A stretch of 64,000 nucleotides of DNA from Alphaproteobacteria bacterium (GTDB lineage Bacteria; Pseudomonadota; Alphaproteobacteria; SP197): contig OZ244844.1 of NCBI GenBank assembly GCA_965220805.1, positions 3,415,757 through 3,479,756 on the forward strand, read 5' to 3'. Positions within the stretch are counted from its first letter, which is position 1. Each line of letters opens with the position of its first letter. Both the position numbers and the translations under genes were made by a program. Under the pieces are notes generated by a model that was not told the DNA's origin, did not search any database, and saw only the letters and a program-made list of their open reading frames with translations. Shown piece by piece: positions 20,273 to 40,934 of the stretch.

Positions 20273-20962
20273 TTACATCCTCGCCTGGGTGCCGTGAAGT
20301 TCCGTCTCACGGCGCTCGTGGGCCCCCGGATCGTGGGTGAACACCTCACCCTTGAAGACCCAGGCCTTGACACCGAGTGTTCCGTAGGCGGTCTTGGCTG
20401 TGACCCGGCCGAAATCAATGTCGGCCCGCAGGGTATGGAGCGGCACCCTGCCCTCCCGATACCACTCCGCGCGGGCAATCTCGGCGCCGCCGAGGCGTCC
20501 CTCGACGTTGATGCGAATGCCTTCCGCTCCGAGCCGCATGGCAGACTGCACGGCGCGCTTCATGGCGCGGCGGAAGGAGACACGCCGTTCCAGCTGCTGG
20601 GCGATGTTCTCTGCGATCAGGTAGGCATCCACTTCGGGCTTGCGGATCTCGACGATGTTGACCGCGACGGTCGACTCGGTCAGCGCCTGGAGACTCTCGC
20701 TCAGCGACTTGATTCCCTTGCCGCGCGTGCCGATGACGACACCGGGCCTCGCCGTATGAATCAGCACCCGCACCCTGGATGCCTGGCGTTCGACGACGAT
20801 CTTCGAGATGCCCGCCTGCGACAACTGGCTGCGCACCAGGCGGCGTATGGCGAGGTCTTCATGCAGCATGCGGGCATAGCCCGCGCCACTGGCATACCAG
20901 CGCGAATCCCATGTCCGGTTGATGCCGAGGCGCAAGCCGACGGGATTGACCTTGTGTCCCAT
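20273..20962 (-). CDS. rpsC: 30S ribosomal protein S3 (start [13 protein letters not shown])
   Basis: Homology. Confidence 0.9.
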   Translation of the reverse strand: MGHKVNPVGLRLGINRTWDSRWYASGAGYARMLHEDLAIRRLVRSQLSQAGISKIVVERQASRVRVLIHTARPGVVIGTRGKGIKSLSESLQALTESTVAVNIVEIRKPEVDAYLIAENIAQQLERRVSFRRAMKRAVQSAMRLGAEGIRINVEGRLGGAEIARAEWYREGRVPLHTLRADIDFGRVTAKTAYGTLGVKAWVFKGEVFTHDPGAHERRETELHGTQARM

Positions 20963-20963
20963 A

Positions 20964-21347
20964 TCAGTCCTCACCTTCCTGGGTCTCGCACAGCACGATC
21001 TCGAGATTCGAGAACGACTTGCGATAGGGATGAACGCGGCCGCGGCCGGCCGGCCGGAATCGGCGCATCTTCAGTCCCGGGCCCACTGTGGCCTCGCTGA
21101 CGACGAGACGGTCGACATCGAGGCCGTGATTGTTTTCCGCGTTCGCCATGGCCGACAGCAGAACCTTGCGTACATCGCCGGCGATACGGCGGCGGGAATA
21201 CAGCAGTTCGTTGAGCGCCCTATCAAGGGACTTTCCCCTGATCGGAGCCACCACCTCGTTGAGCTTGCGCGGGCTGACCCTCAGGGAACGGGCGCGGGCG
21301 TGCACCCGGTCGTCCCCCGTATCAAACAGTGAGTGCCGTCTTGCCAT
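20964..21347 (-). CDS. rplV: 50S ribosomal protein L22 (start MARRHSLFD)
   Basis: Homology. Confidence 0.85.
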   Translation of the reverse strand: MARRHSLFDTGDDRVHARARSLRVSPRKLNEVVAPIRGKSLDRALNELLYSRRRIAGDVRKVLLSAMANAENNHGLDVDRLVVSEATVGPGLKMRRFRPAGRGRVHPYRKSFSNLEIVLCETQEGED

Positions 21348-21351
21348 GGCG

Positions 21352-21630
21352 TCAGCCTCTCCGTGCCTTCTTGTCGGCGGCATGTCCGTAGTAGGTCCTG
21401 GTCGGCGAAAACTCGCCGAACTTGTGGCCTACCATGTTTTCCGTCACCAGCACCGGAATGTGCCGGCGGCCGTTGTAGACGCCGAACGTGAGGCCGACAA
21501 ACTGCGGCACGATGGTCGAACGCCGGGACCAGGTCCTGATGACTTCCTTGCGCCCGGACTCGCGCACAGCCTCGGCCTTCTTGAGCAGATAGCCATCCAC
21601 GAAAGGTCCTTTCCAGACAGATCGGGTCAC
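21352..21630 (-). CDS. rpsS: 30S ribosomal protein S19
   Basis: Homology. Confidence 0.9.
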   Translation of the reverse strand: MTRSVWKGPFVDGYLLKKAEAVRESGRKEVIRTWSRRSTIVPQFVGLTFGVYNGRRHIPVLVTENMVGHKFGEFSPTRTYYGHAADKKARRG

Positions 21631-21640
21631 GTCGGATCTC

Positions 21641-22474
21641 CTAGCGTTTTCTGCGGTGGCGACGGGCGATGATCAGCTTGTCGCTGGCCTTTTTCGAGCG
21701 CGTGCGCGCACCCTTGGTCGGCTTTCCCCACGGAGTCACGGGATGACGGCCGCCACTGGTGCGCCCCTCGCCGCCGCCATGGGGATGGTCCACCGGGTTC
21801 ATCACGACACCGCGCACCGAGGGTCTCTTGCCAAGCCAACGTGACCGTCCGGCCTTGCCGAGCTTGCGGTTCTGGTGTTCGGGATTGGAGACCGCACCGA
21901 TGGTGGCCATGCACTCCCCGCGCACCACGCGCATCTCGCCGGACTTGAGACGGAGCTGGGCGTATCCCTGGTCCTTGCCGATGAGCTGGGCATAGGCGCC
22001 CGCCGAACGGGCGATCCTGCCACCGGCTCCGGCCTTGAGCTCGATGTTGTGCACCACGGTACCCACCGGAATGTTCTGCAGCGGCATCGCGTTGCCGGGC
22101 TGGATGTCGACCCTGGAACCCGACACCACGCGGTCGCCGACGCCGAGACGCTGGGGAGCGAGAATGTAGGACTGTTCGCCGTCCTCATAGCGCACGAGGG
22201 CGATGTGGGCAGAACGGTTGGGATCGTACTCCAGGCGCTCGACCGTCGCCGGGACATCGAACCGCGCACGACGGAAGTCGACCTTGCGGTACCGGCGCTT
22301 GTGCCCGCCACCACGCCGGCGGGTCATGATGCGGCCGTGGACGTTGCGTCCACCCTTCCTGTTGAGTCCCTCGGTCAACTCCTTGACCGGCGCGCCCTTG
22401 TGAAGATGGCGGCGATCGACCTGGACGAGGCCGCGTCTGCCCGGTGTCACAGGTTTCTGGGGTCTGAGTGCCAT
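21641..22474 (-). CDS. rplB: 50S ribosomal protein L2 (start MALRPQKP)
   Basis: Homology. Confidence 0.9.
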   Translation of the reverse strand: MALRPQKPVTPGRRGLVQVDRRHLHKGAPVKELTEGLNRKGGRNVHGRIMTRRRGGGHKRRYRKVDFRRARFDVPATVERLEYDPNRSAHIALVRYEDGEQSYILAPQRLGVGDRVVSGSRVDIQPGNAMPLQNIPVGTVVHNIELKAGAGGRIARSAGAYAQLIGKDQGYAQLRLKSGEMRVVRGECMATIGAVSNPEHQNRKLGKAGRSRWLGKRPSVRGVVMNPVDHPHGGGEGRTSGGRHPVTPWGKPTKGARTRSKKASDKLIIARRHRRKR

Positions 22475-22476
22475 GG

Positions 22477-22770
22477 TCAAAGTGTCCCGGTCACGTCAAT
22501 CCGCTCGCCCTCGGCCAGCGTCACGACCGCCTTCTTGACGGCATTGCGACGGCCCAGGCGGCCACGGAATCTCTTGACCTTGCCCGTCTGGTTCATGGTG
22601 TTCACCGCCTTGACCGTAACACCGAAGATGGTCTCGACGGCCTGGCGGATCTCTTTCTTGGTCGCCCTGCGGTCCACCTGGAAGGTGACCTGATTCCATT
22701 CGGCGCCCCGCATCGACTTTTCCGTGATGACCGGCCGATGAATAATGTCGTAGCACTTCTCTGGCGTCAT
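22477..22770 (-). CDS. rplW: 50S ribosomal protein L23
   Basis: Homology. Confidence 0.9.
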   Translation of the reverse strand: MTPEKCYDIIHRPVITEKSMRGAEWNQVTFQVDRRATKKEIRQAVETIFGVTVKAVNTMNQTGKVKRFRGRLGRRNAVKKAVVTLAEGERIDVTGTL

Positions 22771-23426
22771 TGGAGCCGTTCCTTCAGCGCCGCCACGGCA
22801 TCGGTGGTCAGAACCAGCGTGTCGTGACGCAGGATGTCATGGACGTTGATGCCGCGTGAAGGCAGCACGTCGATCCCGGGAATGTTCGAGGCGGCGCGCC
22901 GGAACCCGGCGTCAACATCACTGCCGTCGACGACGAGCGCATTGCTGATACCCATCTCCTGCAGGCGGGACCTGAGGTGGCCGGTCTTCGCCTCGCTGAG
23001 CCGGGTGCTGTCCACCACCACCAGCTTGCCCTCTCCGGCCTTGAGGGAGAGCGCCGTCTTCAGACCCAGGGCACGGACACGCCGGGGCAGCGCGTGGGCA
23101 TGACTGCGGGGACGAGGGCCATGGGCCACGGCGCCACCGCGAAAGATGTTCGTCTTGCGACTGCCATGGCGGGCGGTGCCGCCGCCCTTCTGGCGCCGGA
23201 ACTTCGCCGTGGTCCCGGTCACCTCACCGGTCGTCCTGGTCATGTGGGTTCCCTGACGCCGCCTGGCCAGTTGCCAGCGCACCACGCGGGCAAGAATGTC
23301 CGGCCTGACGGGAAGACTGAACACTTCTTCGGGCAACTCGACATCGCCCTTCGCGCTGCCGTCAAGGAAAGCAGGTCGATCTTCATGACGTCTCGTCCGG
23401 GTGATCGTCATCGCTGACAAAGGCAC
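22767..23426 (-). CDS. rplD: 50S ribosomal protein L4 (start uncertain; may be a few codons shorter)
   Basis: Homology; N-terminus overlaps the long C-terminal tail of rplC. Confidence 0.8.
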   Translation of the reverse strand: MPLSAMTITRTRRHEDRPAFLDGSAKGDVELPEEVFSLPVRPDILARVVRWQLARRRQGTHMTRTTGEVTGTTAKFRRQKGGGTARHGSRKTNIFRGGAVAHGPRPRSHAHALPRRVRALGLKTALSLKAGEGKLVVVDSTRLSEAKTGHLRSRLQEMGISNALVVDGSDVDAGFRRAASNIPGIDVLPSRGINVHDILRHDTLVLTTDAVAALKERLQ

Positions 23427-24084
23427 CGGGAAAGGGAACGTCGTCTCCAGGCGGAGCCTTCACCGCATCGCGGATCAGTACCCAGCCCGAGGGCGCACCC
23501 GGTACCGCGCCCTTCACCATGATGAGACCCTTGCCGGCGTCAGTCGAGACGACCTCGAGATTCTGCACCGTGACCTTCACGTCTCCCATGTGCCCGGCCA
23601 TCTTCTTGCCCTTCCACACGCGGCCAGGGTCCTGGCTGTTGCCCGTGGAACCATGAGCGCGATGGGAGACCGACACACCATGGGTGGCGCGCATGCCGCC
23701 AAAGTTGTGACGCTTCATGGCGCCGGCAAAACCGCGGCCACGGCTCACGCCCGTGACGTCGACCTTCTGGCCGGGCACGAAGTGATCGACCGAGAGCGTT
23801 GCTCCCACCGGCAACATGGCCTCATCGCTAACGCGGAACTCGACGAGCTTGCGCAGCGGCTCGGTGCCGGCCGCGGCGAAGTGTCCCCGACGGGGCCGGT
23901 TGAGATGCCGGGCCTTCGCCTCTTCCGTGCCGATCTGCAGGGCCGTGTACCCGTCGCGCTCAACGGATCGCCTGGCAACGACGCGGTTCGCCCCCACCTC
24001 GAGCACGGTGACCGGGACATGCCCGCCGTCCCCGGTGAATATCCTGCTCATTCCGAGCTTTCTGGCGATCATGCCGCAACGCAT
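23383..24084 (-). CDS. rplC: 50S ribosomal protein L3 (start [16 protein letters not shown])
   Basis: Homology. Confidence 0.85.
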   Translation of the reverse strand: MRCGMIARKLGMSRIFTGDGGHVPVTVLEVGANRVVARRSVERDGYTALQIGTEEAKARHLNRPRRGHFAAAGTEPLRKLVEFRVSDEAMLPVGATLSVDHFVPGQKVDVTGVSRGRGFAGAMKRHNFGGMRATHGVSVSHRAHGSTGNSQDPGRVWKGKKMAGHMGDVKVTVQNLEVVSTDAGKGLIMVKGAVPGAPSGWVLIRDAVKAPPGDDVPFPGAFVSDDDHPDETS

Positions 24085-24094
24085 GGCCTTCACC

Positions 24095-24403
<309 letters not shown>

Positions 24404-24408
24404 GGTCT

Positions 24409-25627
<1,219 letters not shown>

Positions 25628-25656
25628 TCATCCGTCCTTCGTTAAGTGACTCGCAC

Positions 25657-27732
<2,076 letters not shown>

Positions 27733-27786
27733 TCCTGCTCGTCCTTGGGGTCGCTTCGGAGGGCCCCGGGTTACCAGCTTCGACCG

Positions 27787-28257
27787 CTACCAGCGGTAGT
27801 GCGAAAACGCCTTGTTCGCGTCCGCCATCCGGTGGGTGTCTTCACGTTTCTTGACAGCAGCACCACGCTGCCTCGAGGCGTCCAGGAACTCTCCCGAGAG
27901 GCGCTGAACCATGGTGGTTTCCGAACGGGCACGGGCGGCGCCGATGAGCCAGCGGATGGCCAGCGCCTGCTGCCTGTCGGGACTGACCTCCACCGGCACC
28001 TGGTAGGTGGCGCCGCCGATCCGCCGCGAGCGCACCTCGACGGCCGGTCTGACAGCGTTCAACGCCAGGTGAAAGACGCCGATGGGATCCTGGCCGGTGG
28101 TGTCGCGAATTCTGTCAAGGGCGCCATAGACGATACCCTCGGCGACTGCCTTCTTGCCGTCTCGCATGACGCTGTTGATGAACTTGGTGAGCACGATGTC
28201 ACCATGGAGGGCGTCGGGGAGGACATCCCGCCTATCGGCGGCGCGGCGGCGTGACAT
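27787..28257 (-). CDS. rpsG: 30S ribosomal protein S7
   Basis: Homology. Confidence 0.9.
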   Translation of the reverse strand: MSRRRAADRRDVLPDALHGDIVLTKFINSVMRDGKKAVAEGIVYGALDRIRDTTGQDPIGVFHLALNAVRPAVEVRSRRIGGATYQVPVEVSPDRQQALAIRWLIGAARARSETTMVQRLSGEFLDASRQRGAAVKKREDTHRMADANKAFSHYRW

Positions 28258-28272
28258 GGCGGGATCCCTTTC

Positions 28273-28644
28273 TTACCTGGGACGCTTGGCGCCGTACTTG
28301 GAACGGCTCTGGCGGCGCTGAGCGATGCCCTGGGTATCGAGGGTGCCGCGAATGATGTGGTAGCGCACACCGGGCAGGTCCTTGACGCGTCCGCCCCTGA
28401 TCATGACCACCGAATGCTCCTGCAGGTTGTGACCCTCGCCCGGAATGTAGCTCGTTACCTCGAACCCGTTGGTCAGACGGACCCGCGCCACCTTGCGCAG
28501 GGCCGAATTCGGCTTCTTGGGCGTCGTCGTGTAGACGCGGGTACACACGCCACGTTTCTGCGGACAGGCCTCAAGGGCCGGTACCTTGTTGCGCGCCCGC
28601 CGCGGCTTGCGCGGCTTGCGGATCAGCTGGTTCACGGTAGGCAT
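28273..28644 (-). CDS. rpsL: 30S ribosomal protein S12
   Basis: [12 protein letters not shown]...; 123 aa. Confidence 0.95.
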   Translation of the reverse strand: MPTVNQLIRKPRKPRRARNKVPALEACPQKRGVCTRVYTTTPKKPNSALRKVARVRLTNGFEVTSYIPGEGHNLQEHSVVMIRGGRVKDLPGVRYHIIRGTLDTQGIAQRRQSRSKYGAKRPR

Positions 28645-28832
28645 GCGCCTGGTTCCCGATTCCGTCGCACAAACAAAACACTTCCCGCTCTCCCGCGTGG
28701 CCCGCGCCCCGGGATCGTGAGAGTGTGTTCAAGGGCTTCCCCTTCCCCTCCCCGCAGGGTGGCAAGGGGAAGCGGACTATAGTGCCGGCTCCTCACCCGG
28801 TCAAGTCCCCCGCAAAGGCGAAACTCCTGCAT

Positions 28833-33029
<4,197 letters not shown>

Positions 33030-33053
33030 GCCCTGTCTCCTGTTGACTGGCGG

Positions 33054-36000
33054 TCAGCCCGCCTGTTCAAGCTCGACATTGAGGCCGAGCGCCTGCATTT
33101 CCTTGACCAGCACGTTGAAGCTCTCGGGAATGCCGGCCTCGAAGTACTGATCACCCTTGACGATGGACTCATAGATCCGCGTGCGGCCGGCGACATCGTC
33201 CGACTTGACGGTGAGGATCTCCTGGAGCGTGTAGGCCGCACCATAGGCCTGCAGGGCCCAGACCTCCATCTCGCCGAAACGCTGGCCACCGAACTGGGCC
33301 TTGCCACCGAGCGGCTGCTGCGTGACGAGGCTGTAGGCGCCGACCGAGCGGGCATGGATCTTGTCGTCGACAAGGTGATGGAGTTTCAGGATGTAGTGGT
33401 AGCCCACGGTGACCGGCCGGTCGAAGGGCTCCCCGGTCCGGCCATCGATGAGTATCTCCTGGCCACTGGCGGAGAGACCGGCAAGCTCGAGCATGTCGGT
33501 GATCTCCTTTTCGCCGGCACCGTCAAACACCGGAGTGGCGACCGGAATGCCGGACCTCAGCTCGTTGGCGGACTCCATGAGTTCGGTGTCCTTCATGCCT
33601 GAAAACCGACCGGTCTCCGGATCCTCTCCGTAGACCCCGGTGAGCAGGGTGCGCAGGTCGTCATGGGTTGACACCCTGTCACCGTCGAGAGGCATCTCGA
33701 TGGTCATGCTGTCGACCATCCGGCCGATCTTCCTGCCGATACCGGCGCTGGCCCAGCCGAGGTGTGTTTCGAGAATCTGCCCGACGTTCATGCGGCTCGG
33801 CACACCAAGAGGATTGAGCACGATGTCAACCGGCGTGCCGTCCTGGAGATAGGGCATATCCTCGATGGGAACGATGCGGGAAATGACACCCTTGTTGCCA
33901 TGGCGTCCGGCCATCTTGTCACCGGCCTGGAGCTTGCGCTTCACCGCGACGAAGACCTTGACCATCTTGAGCACGCCAGGCTGCAGTTCGTCGCTCGCCT
34001 CGAGCTTCTCGAGGCTGGCCCTGTGCAGCCGCTCAAGATCCGCCATCCGGTCGTCGTAGCGAGCCTTGAGCTCTTCGATGGCCTCCATGGTGGCACGATC
34101 GGCCACGACGATCTGCCATCTCTGGCCATGAGTGAGGGAATCGAGAAGATCCCGGTCGACCACGGCGCCCTTCGCAACACCCTTGGGGCCGCGCTTGACG
34201 GTGCCCCCGTCGAGCAGGTCAACGAGCCGCGCCTGAACCGTTCGCTCGATTATGGAGTGCTCGTCGGCCCGGTTCTGTTCGAGGCGGTCGACCTCGGCGC
34301 TGTGAATGGTCTCGGCGCGCTGGTCCGTGTCGTAGCTTGCACGCGAGAAGACCCGCACCTCGACCACGGTTCCCTGACCTCCTGGAGGCACGCGAAGCGA
34401 AGTATCACGCACATCCGAGGCCTTTTCGCCGAAGATGGCGCGCAACAGCTTCTCTTCCGGGGTTGTCGGACTCTCCCCTTTCGGGGTGATCTTGCCGACA
34501 AGAATGTCATCGGCCTCGACTTCGGCCCCGATGTAGACAATGCCCGCCTCGTCGAGGTGCCGCAACGCCTCGTCCCCGGCATTGGGGATGTCGCGCGTGA
34601 TCTCCTCTGGGCCGAGCTTGGTGTCACGGGCCACCACTTCGAACTCCTCGATGTGAATCGAGGTGAAGACATCATCCCTGACGATGCGTTCGGAAATGAG
34701 GATCGAATCCTCGAAGTTGTATCCGTTCCACGGCATGAAGGCACACAGCACGTTGCGCCCGAGCGCCAGTTCTCCGTGGTCGGTCGAGGGTCCGTCCCCG
34801 AGGATCTCGCCCTTTTCCACCCGCTGACCTGTCTTGACCAGCGGTCGCTGGAGGATGCACGTGCTCTGGTTGGACCTCTGGAACTTCAGCAGCGGATAGA
34901 TGTCGACATTGAGCGTGTTGAGCGCTTCCTCCTCGTTGACCCTGATGACGATCCGCTGTGAGTCGACCTGGTCGACCACGCCGCCTCGGCGGGCGACGAT
35001 GGTGGACACGGAATCCCGGGCCACCACTTCCTCCATACCGGTGCCGACGAGCGGCGCTTCGGCGCGGATCAGGGGCACGGCCTGACGCTGCATGTTGGAG
35101 CCCATCAGGGCGCGGTTGGCATCATCGTTCTCGAGGAAGGGAATGAGGGCAGCGGCGACCGACACCAGCTGCTTGGGCGACACGTCCATCATGTCGACAT
35201 AGGCCGATTCCGCCATGACGAATTCGCCGTTCCGGCGGCATGACACCAGCTCGTCGGCGAAACGGCCATCCTCGGTAAGCCTGGCATTGGCCTGGGCAAT
35301 CGTGTGCTGCCGTTCCTGCATCGCCGTCAGGTACTCGATCCTGTCGGTCACCCGGCGTTCACCGTCGACCAGTTCCACCTTGCGGTATGGACTCTCGATG
35401 AATCCGTGCTGGTTGATGCGGGCGAAGGTCGCAAGGGAGTTGATGAGACCGATGTTCGGCCCTTCCGGCGTCTCCACGGGGCAGATCCGACCATAGTGGG
35501 TCGGATGTACGTCGCGCACCTCGAAGCCGGCGCGCTCTCGGGTCAGCCCACCCGGCCCGAGCGCCGACAGGCGGCGCTTGTGTGTCAGTTCCGAGAGCGG
35601 ATTGGTCTGCTCCATGAACTGGGAAAGCTGGGACGCGCCGAAGAACTCGCGCACCGCCACCGCCGTGGTCTTGGCGTTGATGAGATCGTGCGGCACTTCC
35701 TTGTCGAGTTCGGCCTGGCTCATGCGCTCGCGCACCGCCCGTTCCATGCGCAAAAGGCTTGCCCGGTACTGGTTCTCGAGCAATTCACCGACGGAGCGCA
35801 CGCGACGGTTGCCGAGGTGATCGATGTCATCGATGTCACCTCGGCCATCGCGCAGTTCCACCAGTGTCTTCAGACAGGCCATGATGTCGCCGGGCGTCAG
35901 CACGCGGCCGGTTTCAACATGATCGGGACCAAGGCGTTCGTTCATCTTGACGCGCCCGACCGTCGACAGATCGTAGCGGTCGGCATCGAAGAAGAGGCCC

Positions 36001-37889
36001 TTGAACAGGGTCGCTGCGGCTTCCGGCGTGGTCGGATCGCCGGGACGCATGACCTTGTAGATCTCGATCTGCGCCTCCTCGCGGTTCGATGCCTTGTCGA
36101 TGCCGAGGGTCTTGCAGATGTGGGGGCCCACCTTGACGTGATCGATGTCGAGGGTTGTCACCTCGTCGTTCGCGTGACTGGCGAGGAGGTCAAGCAGTTC
36201 CCGGTCGATCTCGGCGCCGGCCTCGGCGAGAACCAGCCCGTTCGTTTCGTCAATGTGGTCTCCGGAAAGGAACCTGCCCAGCAGAAGCTCATCGCCCACG
36301 AACTGCTCCTTGAGCCCGGCGTTTGCCAGTTTGCGGAGCTGCAGCCTGGTGAGTTTGGTGCCGGCTGTCGCCATGACGGCGCCGTCGGCGGCATTGACGA
36401 GGTCACGTGTCAGCTTGGTGCCCAGCAGAGCCGAGGTTTCCGAGGCGTCGAACGGCACTTTCCAGCCCGGGCGAACGAGACGCTTCGCGGTCACCGTACC
36501 GCCTTCCTTGAACAGCGTGATGCTCTCGACATCGGAGCGCACCAGCTTGTTGAGCAGCTTGCGGTCGACATGGGCGCCAACAGCGGCGACCACGGTGTCA
36601 CCGGAGCCCTGCACGTCAACGGCCAGCGTCCGCCCCTCAAGCTCCTCCCGGCTTACTTCGACGCCCAGCGGCCGTCCGTCGGTACTGGCGAGGATCTCGT
36701 CACGCCATGCATCCGTCATCCTCGTCCCTGCAGGGGCGACAACATCGCCGGAGCGGACGTCAAGGAGGTCTTGATCAAGCGCGTCTCCGGTCGCGCCGGC
36801 GACATCGAAGGCGAAGAACCACTTCCTGTGTCCGCCCGAGCGCAGGGCCACGGTCGGCGAGTCACCGCCGAACATGGTGATCTCGCCGACTTCAGCGGAT
36901 CCCAGTGCAGAGAGTTCGCGACGGGTCAGCACAGTACCGGCATCGATGATGACCAGGCCTGATTCCGGATCGATGACATCCTCGGCAAGGCAGCGCCCCA
37001 CAAGAGCGTCGTCCCTGACATGGCTGGCAAGGTTCCTGGAGGACCTGCTCCTCTTCGGCAGCGTCGAGCCGGCTGCAGCCGCAACACGCCCCTTCGCCAG
37101 GTCGATGACATCGTGCCCAAGAACCCCGCCGGCCCGTTCCGCATCCGCGAGGGGCAGCGCCCACTCCTGGTGGACACGCACGAACGGCACCGTGTCGTAG
37201 AATGTCTCCAGAATGTCCTCGGCGGTGTAGCCCAGAGCAAAGAGCATGGTCGTCGCCGGCAGCTTGCGGCGGCGGTCGATGCGGACGTGGACAATGTCCT
37301 TGGCATCGAACTCGAACTCCAGCCAGGAGCCGCGGTAGGGGATGACGCGGGCGGCGAACAGGAACTTGCCCGAGGCGTGGGTCTTGCCCTTGTCGTGGTC
37401 GAAGAAGACACCCGGTGACCGGTGCATCTGCGAGACCACCACGCGCTCGGTGCCATTGACAATGAAGGTCCCCTTGTCCGTCATGAGAGGAATGTCACCC
37501 ATGTAGACATCCTGCTCCTTGACGTTGCGGACCTCCCTCTTGCCGATGTCGCGGTCGACATCATAAAGAACCAGACGCAGCTTCACCCGCAAGGGCGCAG
37601 CATAGGTCAGGTCCCGCGCCAGGCACTCCATCTCCGTGTGTTTTGGCGGCTCGATCTGGTAGCGCACGAACTCGAGATCGGCGCGATCGGAAACATCGCT
37701 GATCGGAAAGACCGAGCGGAACACGCCCTCGAGTCCCTCGTCGAGAATTTCGTCCGGCCCCGCATCGCGCTGCAGGAAATGGTCATAGGAGATGCGCTGC
37801 ACATCGATCAGGTTGGGCATGTCGATCACCGGCGGGATCCGCCCGAAGTTGCGCCGCATGGCGGAACGCCTGTTCATGTGCTTTTCCAT
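33054..37889 (-). CDS. rpoB: DNA-directed RNA polymerase beta subunit, unusually long (about 1610 aa) owing to an insertion of roughly 230 aa in the beta lobe (aa about 236-470)
   Basis: Conserved beta-subunit regions throughout; extra segment between TFYDTV and PGWKVPFDA. Confidence 0.9.
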   Translation of the reverse strand: MEKHMNRRSAMRRNFGRIPPVIDMPNLIDVQRISYDHFLQRDAGPDEILDEGLEGVFRSVFPISDVSDRADLEFVRYQIEPPKHTEMECLARDLTYAAPLRVKLRLVLYDVDRDIGKREVRNVKEQDVYMGDIPLMTDKGTFIVNGTERVVVSQMHRSPGVFFDHDKGKTHASGKFLFAARVIPYRGSWLEFEFDAKDIVHVRIDRRRKLPATTMLFALGYTAEDILETFYDTVPFVRVHQEWALPLADAERAGGVLGHDVIDLAKGRVAAAAGSTLPKRSRSSRNLASHVRDDALVGRCLAEDVIDPESGLVIIDAGTVLTRRELSALGSAEVGEITMFGGDSPTVALRSGGHRKWFFAFDVAGATGDALDQDLLDVRSGDVVAPAGTRMTDAWRDEILASTDGRPLGVEVSREELEGRTLAVDVQGSGDTVVAAVGAHVDRKLLNKLVRSDVESITLFKEGGTVTAKRLVRPGWKVPFDASETSALLGTKLTRDLVNAADGAVMATAGTKLTRLQLRKLANAGLKEQFVGDELLLGRFLSGDHIDETNGLVLAEAGAEIDRELLDLLASHANDEVTTLDIDHVKVGPHICKTLGIDKASNREEAQIEIYKVMRPGDPTTPEAAATLFKGLFFDADRYDLSTVGRVKMNERLGPDHVETGRVLTPGDIMACLKTLVELRDGRGDIDDIDHLGNRRVRSVGELLENQYRASLLRMERAVRERMSQAELDKEVPHDLINAKTTAVAVREFFGASQLSQFMEQTNPLSELTHKRRLSALGPGGLTRERAGFEVRDVHPTHYGRICPVETPEGPNIGLINSLATFARINQHGFIESPYRKVELVDGERRVTDRIEYLTAMQERQHTIAQANARLTEDGRFADELVSCRRNGEFVMAESAYVDMMDVSPKQLVSVAAALIPFLENDDANRALMGSNMQRQAVPLIRAEAPLVGTGMEEVVARDSVSTIVARRGGVVDQVDSQRIVIRVNEEEALNTLNVDIYPLLKFQRSNQSTCILQRPLVKTGQRVEKGEILGDGPSTDHGELALGRNVLCAFMPWNGYNFEDSILISERIVRDDVFTSIHIEEFEVVARDTKLGPEEITRDIPNAGDEALRHLDEAGIVYIGAEVEADDILVGKITPKGESPTTPEEKLLRAIFGEKASDVRDTSLRVPPGGQGTVVEVRVFSRASYDTDQRAETIHSAEVDRLEQNRADEHSIIERTVQARLVDLLDGGTVKRGPKGVAKGAVVDRDLLDSLTHGQRWQIVVADRATMEAIEELKARYDDRMADLERLHRASLEKLEASDELQPGVLKMVKVFVAVKRKLQAGDKMAGRHGNKGVISRIVPIEDMPYLQDGTPVDIVLNPLGVPSRMNVGQILETHLGWASAGIGRKIGRMVDSMTIEMPLDGDRVSTHDDLRTLLTGVYGEDPETGRFSGMKDTELMESANELRSGIPVATPVFDGAGEKEITDMLELAGLSASGQEILIDGRTGEPFDRPVTVGYHYILKLHHLVDDKIHARSVGAYSLVTQQPLGGKAQFGGQRFGEMEVWALQAYGAAYTLQEILTVKSDDVAGRTRIYESIVKGDQYFEAGIPESFNVLVKEMQALGLNVELEQAG

Positions 37890-37984
37890 GATGTCAGTCC
37901 CTGCAATCGATCAGCCCGGAATATGCGTTGACACCCGCCCCCTGCCGGCAGGACTCGCGCGCCCTCACCGGCAAGGAAACGAGA

Positions 37985-38013
37985 TCACCACAAGGGGGCG
38001 GACCCCTTGTGGT
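37985..38013 (-). terminator. rplL-rpoB intergenic attenuator hairpin (12-bp perfect stem CACCACAAGGGG / CCCCTTGTGGTG)
   Basis: Read from sequence; position matches the known partial terminator between rplL and rpoB. Confidence 0.35.
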
Positions 38014-38029
38014 GGAAACACGTGTCGAC

Positions 38030-38410
38030 CTACTTGACCTCGACAGTCGCGCCGGCGTCCTCGAGACGCTTTTGCAACGCTTCGGCCTCGTCCTTGGAAA
38101 CGCCTTCCTTCACCGCCTTCGGCGCATCCTCGACGAGCGCCTTGGCTTCCTTGAGGCCGAGATCCGTGATCGCCCGGACCTCCTTGATGACGGGAATCTT
38201 GCTGGTGCCGAAGCCGGTGAGGACGACGTCGAATTCCGTCTTCTCCTCGACGTCGGCCTTCTCGTCTCCCGCACCACCGGGCACGGCCGCGACAGCAACC
38301 GGCTGAGCGGCGCTCACGCCCCATTTTTCTTCAAGCATTTTCGAGAGTTCTGCCGCCTCGATAACGGTCAGCGACGACAGGTCCTCGACGAGTTGTTCAA
38401 TCTTGCTCAT
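38030..38410 (-). CDS. rplL: 50S ribosomal protein L7/L12
   Basis: Homology. Confidence 0.9.
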   Translation of the reverse strand: MSKIEQLVEDLSSLTVIEAAELSKMLEEKWGVSAAQPVAVAAVPGGAGDEKADVEEKTEFDVVLTGFGTSKIPVIKEVRAITDLGLKEAKALVEDAPKAVKEGVSKDEAEALQKRLEDAGATVEVK

Positions 38411-38458
38411 GGTTTTCCATAACTCCAGTTGGGGTATTTCGGTTGTGACCGAACCGGA

Positions 38459-38968
38459 TCATTCCGCCGTTTGCCGAGAACTGAGCAGCCGGGCAAGGCG
38501 GCTCCCCGGTTCCTTCAGGACTCCCGCAACCCTCGTTGCCGGCGTGTTGATCAGCATGATCAGTCTGGCACGCAGTTCATCGAGTGACGGCAGCTGGGCA
38601 ATTGTCCGGACCCCGTCCGCGTCAAGCGCACGGCCGTCCATGGTCCCACCGACAATGACCAGCTTGCCGTTCTTCTTGGCATAGTCGACGGTAACCCTGG
38701 CGCCGGCCACGGGATCCGTTGCCGTGGCAATGGCGGAGGGTCCATGGAACATCTCGGCGATCGCCTCCATCCCGGCACGCTCGAGGGCGCGCAGAACCAG
38801 CCGGTTCTTGACCACCCGAAAGCTGGCGCCGGCATCGCGCACCGAACGCCGAAGCTCGGTCGCCTCGGCAACGCTGAGACCCTCGTGACGCGCGACGATG
38901 ACGATCTCGGCACCGCCGAGAACACTCTCGAGCTCACTGACGATCTCTTCCTTCCTTGAACGTTCCAA
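38459..38968 (-). CDS. rplJ: 50S ribosomal protein L10
   Basis: Homology. Confidence 0.9.
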   Translation of the reverse strand: MERSRKEEIVSELESVLGGAEIVIVARHEGLSVAEATELRRSVRDAGASFRVVKNRLVLRALERAGMEAIAEMFHGPSAIATATDPVAGARVTVDYAKKNGKLVIVGGTMDGRALDADGVRTIAQLPSLDELRARLIMLINTPATRVAGVLKEPGSRLARLLSSRQTAE

Positions 38969-39239
38969 AGGACTCCTCCATCAGATCGGAACGCCGGGCC
39001 GAAACCCGTCGATCCGGTTCACTGGTTGTCTCTCTCCCCGGTTCACGGGCGAGGGAGACGTTGGTGTCCTGCCCCGGAATCCCCTCCTGGTCCCGGAACT
39101 CCGGTACCGGCTGGTCTCCCGTCTCGTGCCGGCGGCATCGCCATTGAACCCGCCATCGGGTACCGGCAGTCTCGGACAGGGTTGCGGCACGCCAGAGCAT
39201 GCCGCCGGACGGCCGGAGCCGTCCGTAGGTCCCGGGCCG
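38969..39239 (-). promoter_or_regulatory. rplJ 5' leader (about 270 nt), probable L10(L12)4 autoregulatory leader
   Basis: Long untranslated gap between rplA and rplJ, as in other bacteria. Confidence 0.4.
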
Positions 39240-39938
39240 TCAGGCGGCCGCGAGGCTTTGCGTGGCAACGTGGACACCCGGCCCCATGGTGGTGCTGAGT
39301 GTCGCGCGTTTCATGTAGGTTCCCTTGACTGCCTGGGGCCGTGCCTTCGCCACGGCATCCACCAGCGCCCGGGTGTTCTCGGCAATCTTCTCGACCGGAA
39401 AGGACACCTTGCCGACACCAGCGTGAATAATGCCCGCCCGTTCCACGCGGTACTCCACCTGACCTGCCTTCGCGGCGGTCACGGCACCGGCAACATCCAC
39501 GGTGACAGTACCGAGTTTCGGGTTCGGCATGAGTCCGCGCGGCCCGAGAATCTTTCCGAGCCGACCGACGACGGGCATCATGTCGGGTGTGGCGATGCAG
39601 CGGTCGAATCCGAGATCGCCTTCCTGGATGCTCTGGGCGAGATCCTCCGCACCGACCCTGTCGGCTCCGGCCTCTCGGGCCTCGTCAGCCTTGGCGTCGC
39701 GGGCGAAGACGACAACCCTGACCACACGCCCGGTGCCGTGCGGCAGGCTGACCACGCCACGCACCATCTGGTCGGCATGGCGCGGATCGACGTTGAGATT
39801 GAGCGCCAGTTCGACGGTCTCGTCAAACTTCGCGGAGGCAGTGTCCTTGAGCGCCTGGATCGCCTCCTCCAGATCATAGTCCCGCTCCCGCTCGACGGTC
39901 GCATAGGCCGCGACGAGTTTCTTGCCGTGTCGTGCCAT
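39240..39938 (-). CDS. rplA: 50S ribosomal protein L1 (start MARHGKKL)
   Basis: Homology. Confidence 0.85.
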   Translation of the reverse strand: MARHGKKLVAAYATVERERDYDLEEAIQALKDTASAKFDETVELALNLNVDPRHADQMVRGVVSLPHGTGRVVRVVVFARDAKADEAREAGADRVGAEDLAQSIQEGDLGFDRCIATPDMMPVVGRLGKILGPRGLMPNPKLGTVTVDVAGAVTAAKAGQVEYRVERAGIIHAGVGKVSFPVEKIAENTRALVDAVAKARPQAVKGTYMKRATLSTTMGPGVHVATQSLAAA

Positions 39939-39942
39939 GTTC

Positions 39943-40371
39943 CTACTCCACCACCTCGACACCCATGGATCGCGCCGTTCCGGCGATGATCCGCGATGCC
40001 GCCTCGATACCGTTGGCGTTGAGGTCCGTCATCTTCGCCTCGGCAATCTCGCGCACCTGCTCCATGGTGACCGACCCGGCAACGGCGCGGCCAGGCAGGG
40101 CCTCACCCTTTTCGAGACCGGCCGCCTTCCTGATGTACCACGCCGCCGGTGGTGTCCTTGTGACAAAGGTGAACGAACGGTCCGCATAGGCCGTGATCAC
40201 CGTCGGCACCGGAGTTCCCTGCTCGACGTTCTGCGTGGCCGCATTGAAGGCCTTGCAGAATTCCATGATGTTGAGGCCGCGCTGACCGAGCGCAGGGCCG
40301 ATGGGAGGCGACGGATTTGCCGCTCCTGCCGGAACCGTGAGCTTGATCGTGCCTGCGATCTTCTTGGCCAT
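39943..40371 (-). CDS. rplK: 50S ribosomal protein L11
   Basis: Homology. Confidence 0.9.
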   Translation of the reverse strand: MAKKIAGTIKLTVPAGAANPSPPIGPALGQRGLNIMEFCKAFNAATQNVEQGTPVPTVITAYADRSFTFVTRTPPAAWYIRKAAGLEKGEALPGRAVAGSVTMEQVREIAEAKMTDLNANGIEAASRIIAGTARSMGVEVVE

Positions 40372-40403
40372 TGTCTTGCGATTTCCATCCCCTGGTGGAC
40401 GTC

Positions 40404-40934
40404 TCAGGTCTTCTCGACCTGGGTGTATTCAAGTTCGACGGGCGTAGGGCGGCCGAAGATCAGCACCGCGACCTTCAGGCGCGCCCGGTTCTCGTCGATT
40501 TCCTGGACCGTGCCGTTGAAGGACGTGAACGGTCCGTCAGCCACGCGCACACTCTCGCCGATCTCGAAGGTGATGGACGGTCTCGGCCGTTCGACTCCTT
40601 CCTGCACCTGGCTGATGATACGCGCCGCCTCGGAATCGGGAATCGGCCTGGGGCGGTTGCCAGCCCCCAGGAAACCGCTGACCTTCGGCGTGTCCTTGAC
40701 CAGGTGCCAGGTGGCATCCGTCAGCTCCATGTGCACCAGCACGTACCCGGGAAAGAACTTTCGGTCGGTCGAGATCTGCTTGCCGCCGCGCATTTCCGTG
40801 ACCTTCTCCGAGGGAACCAGGACCTGACAGATCTGCTCCGTCATGCCATTCGCCTCGGCGCGCTCCCTGATGGCGTTCTCCACCTTCTTCTCGAAGCCGG
40901 AATAGCAATGGACGATGTACCAGCGATGCGTCAC
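40404..40934 (-). CDS. nusG: transcription termination/antitermination factor NusG
   Basis: NGN and KOW domains. Confidence 0.9.
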   Translation of the reverse strand: MTHRWYIVHCYSGFEKKVENAIRERAEANGMTEQICQVLVPSEKVTEMRGGKQISTDRKFFPGYVLVHMELTDATWHLVKDTPKVSGFLGAGNRPRPIPDSEAARIISQVQEGVERPRPSITFEIGESVRVADGPFTSFNGTVQEIDENRARLKVAVLIFGRPTPVELEYTQVEKT

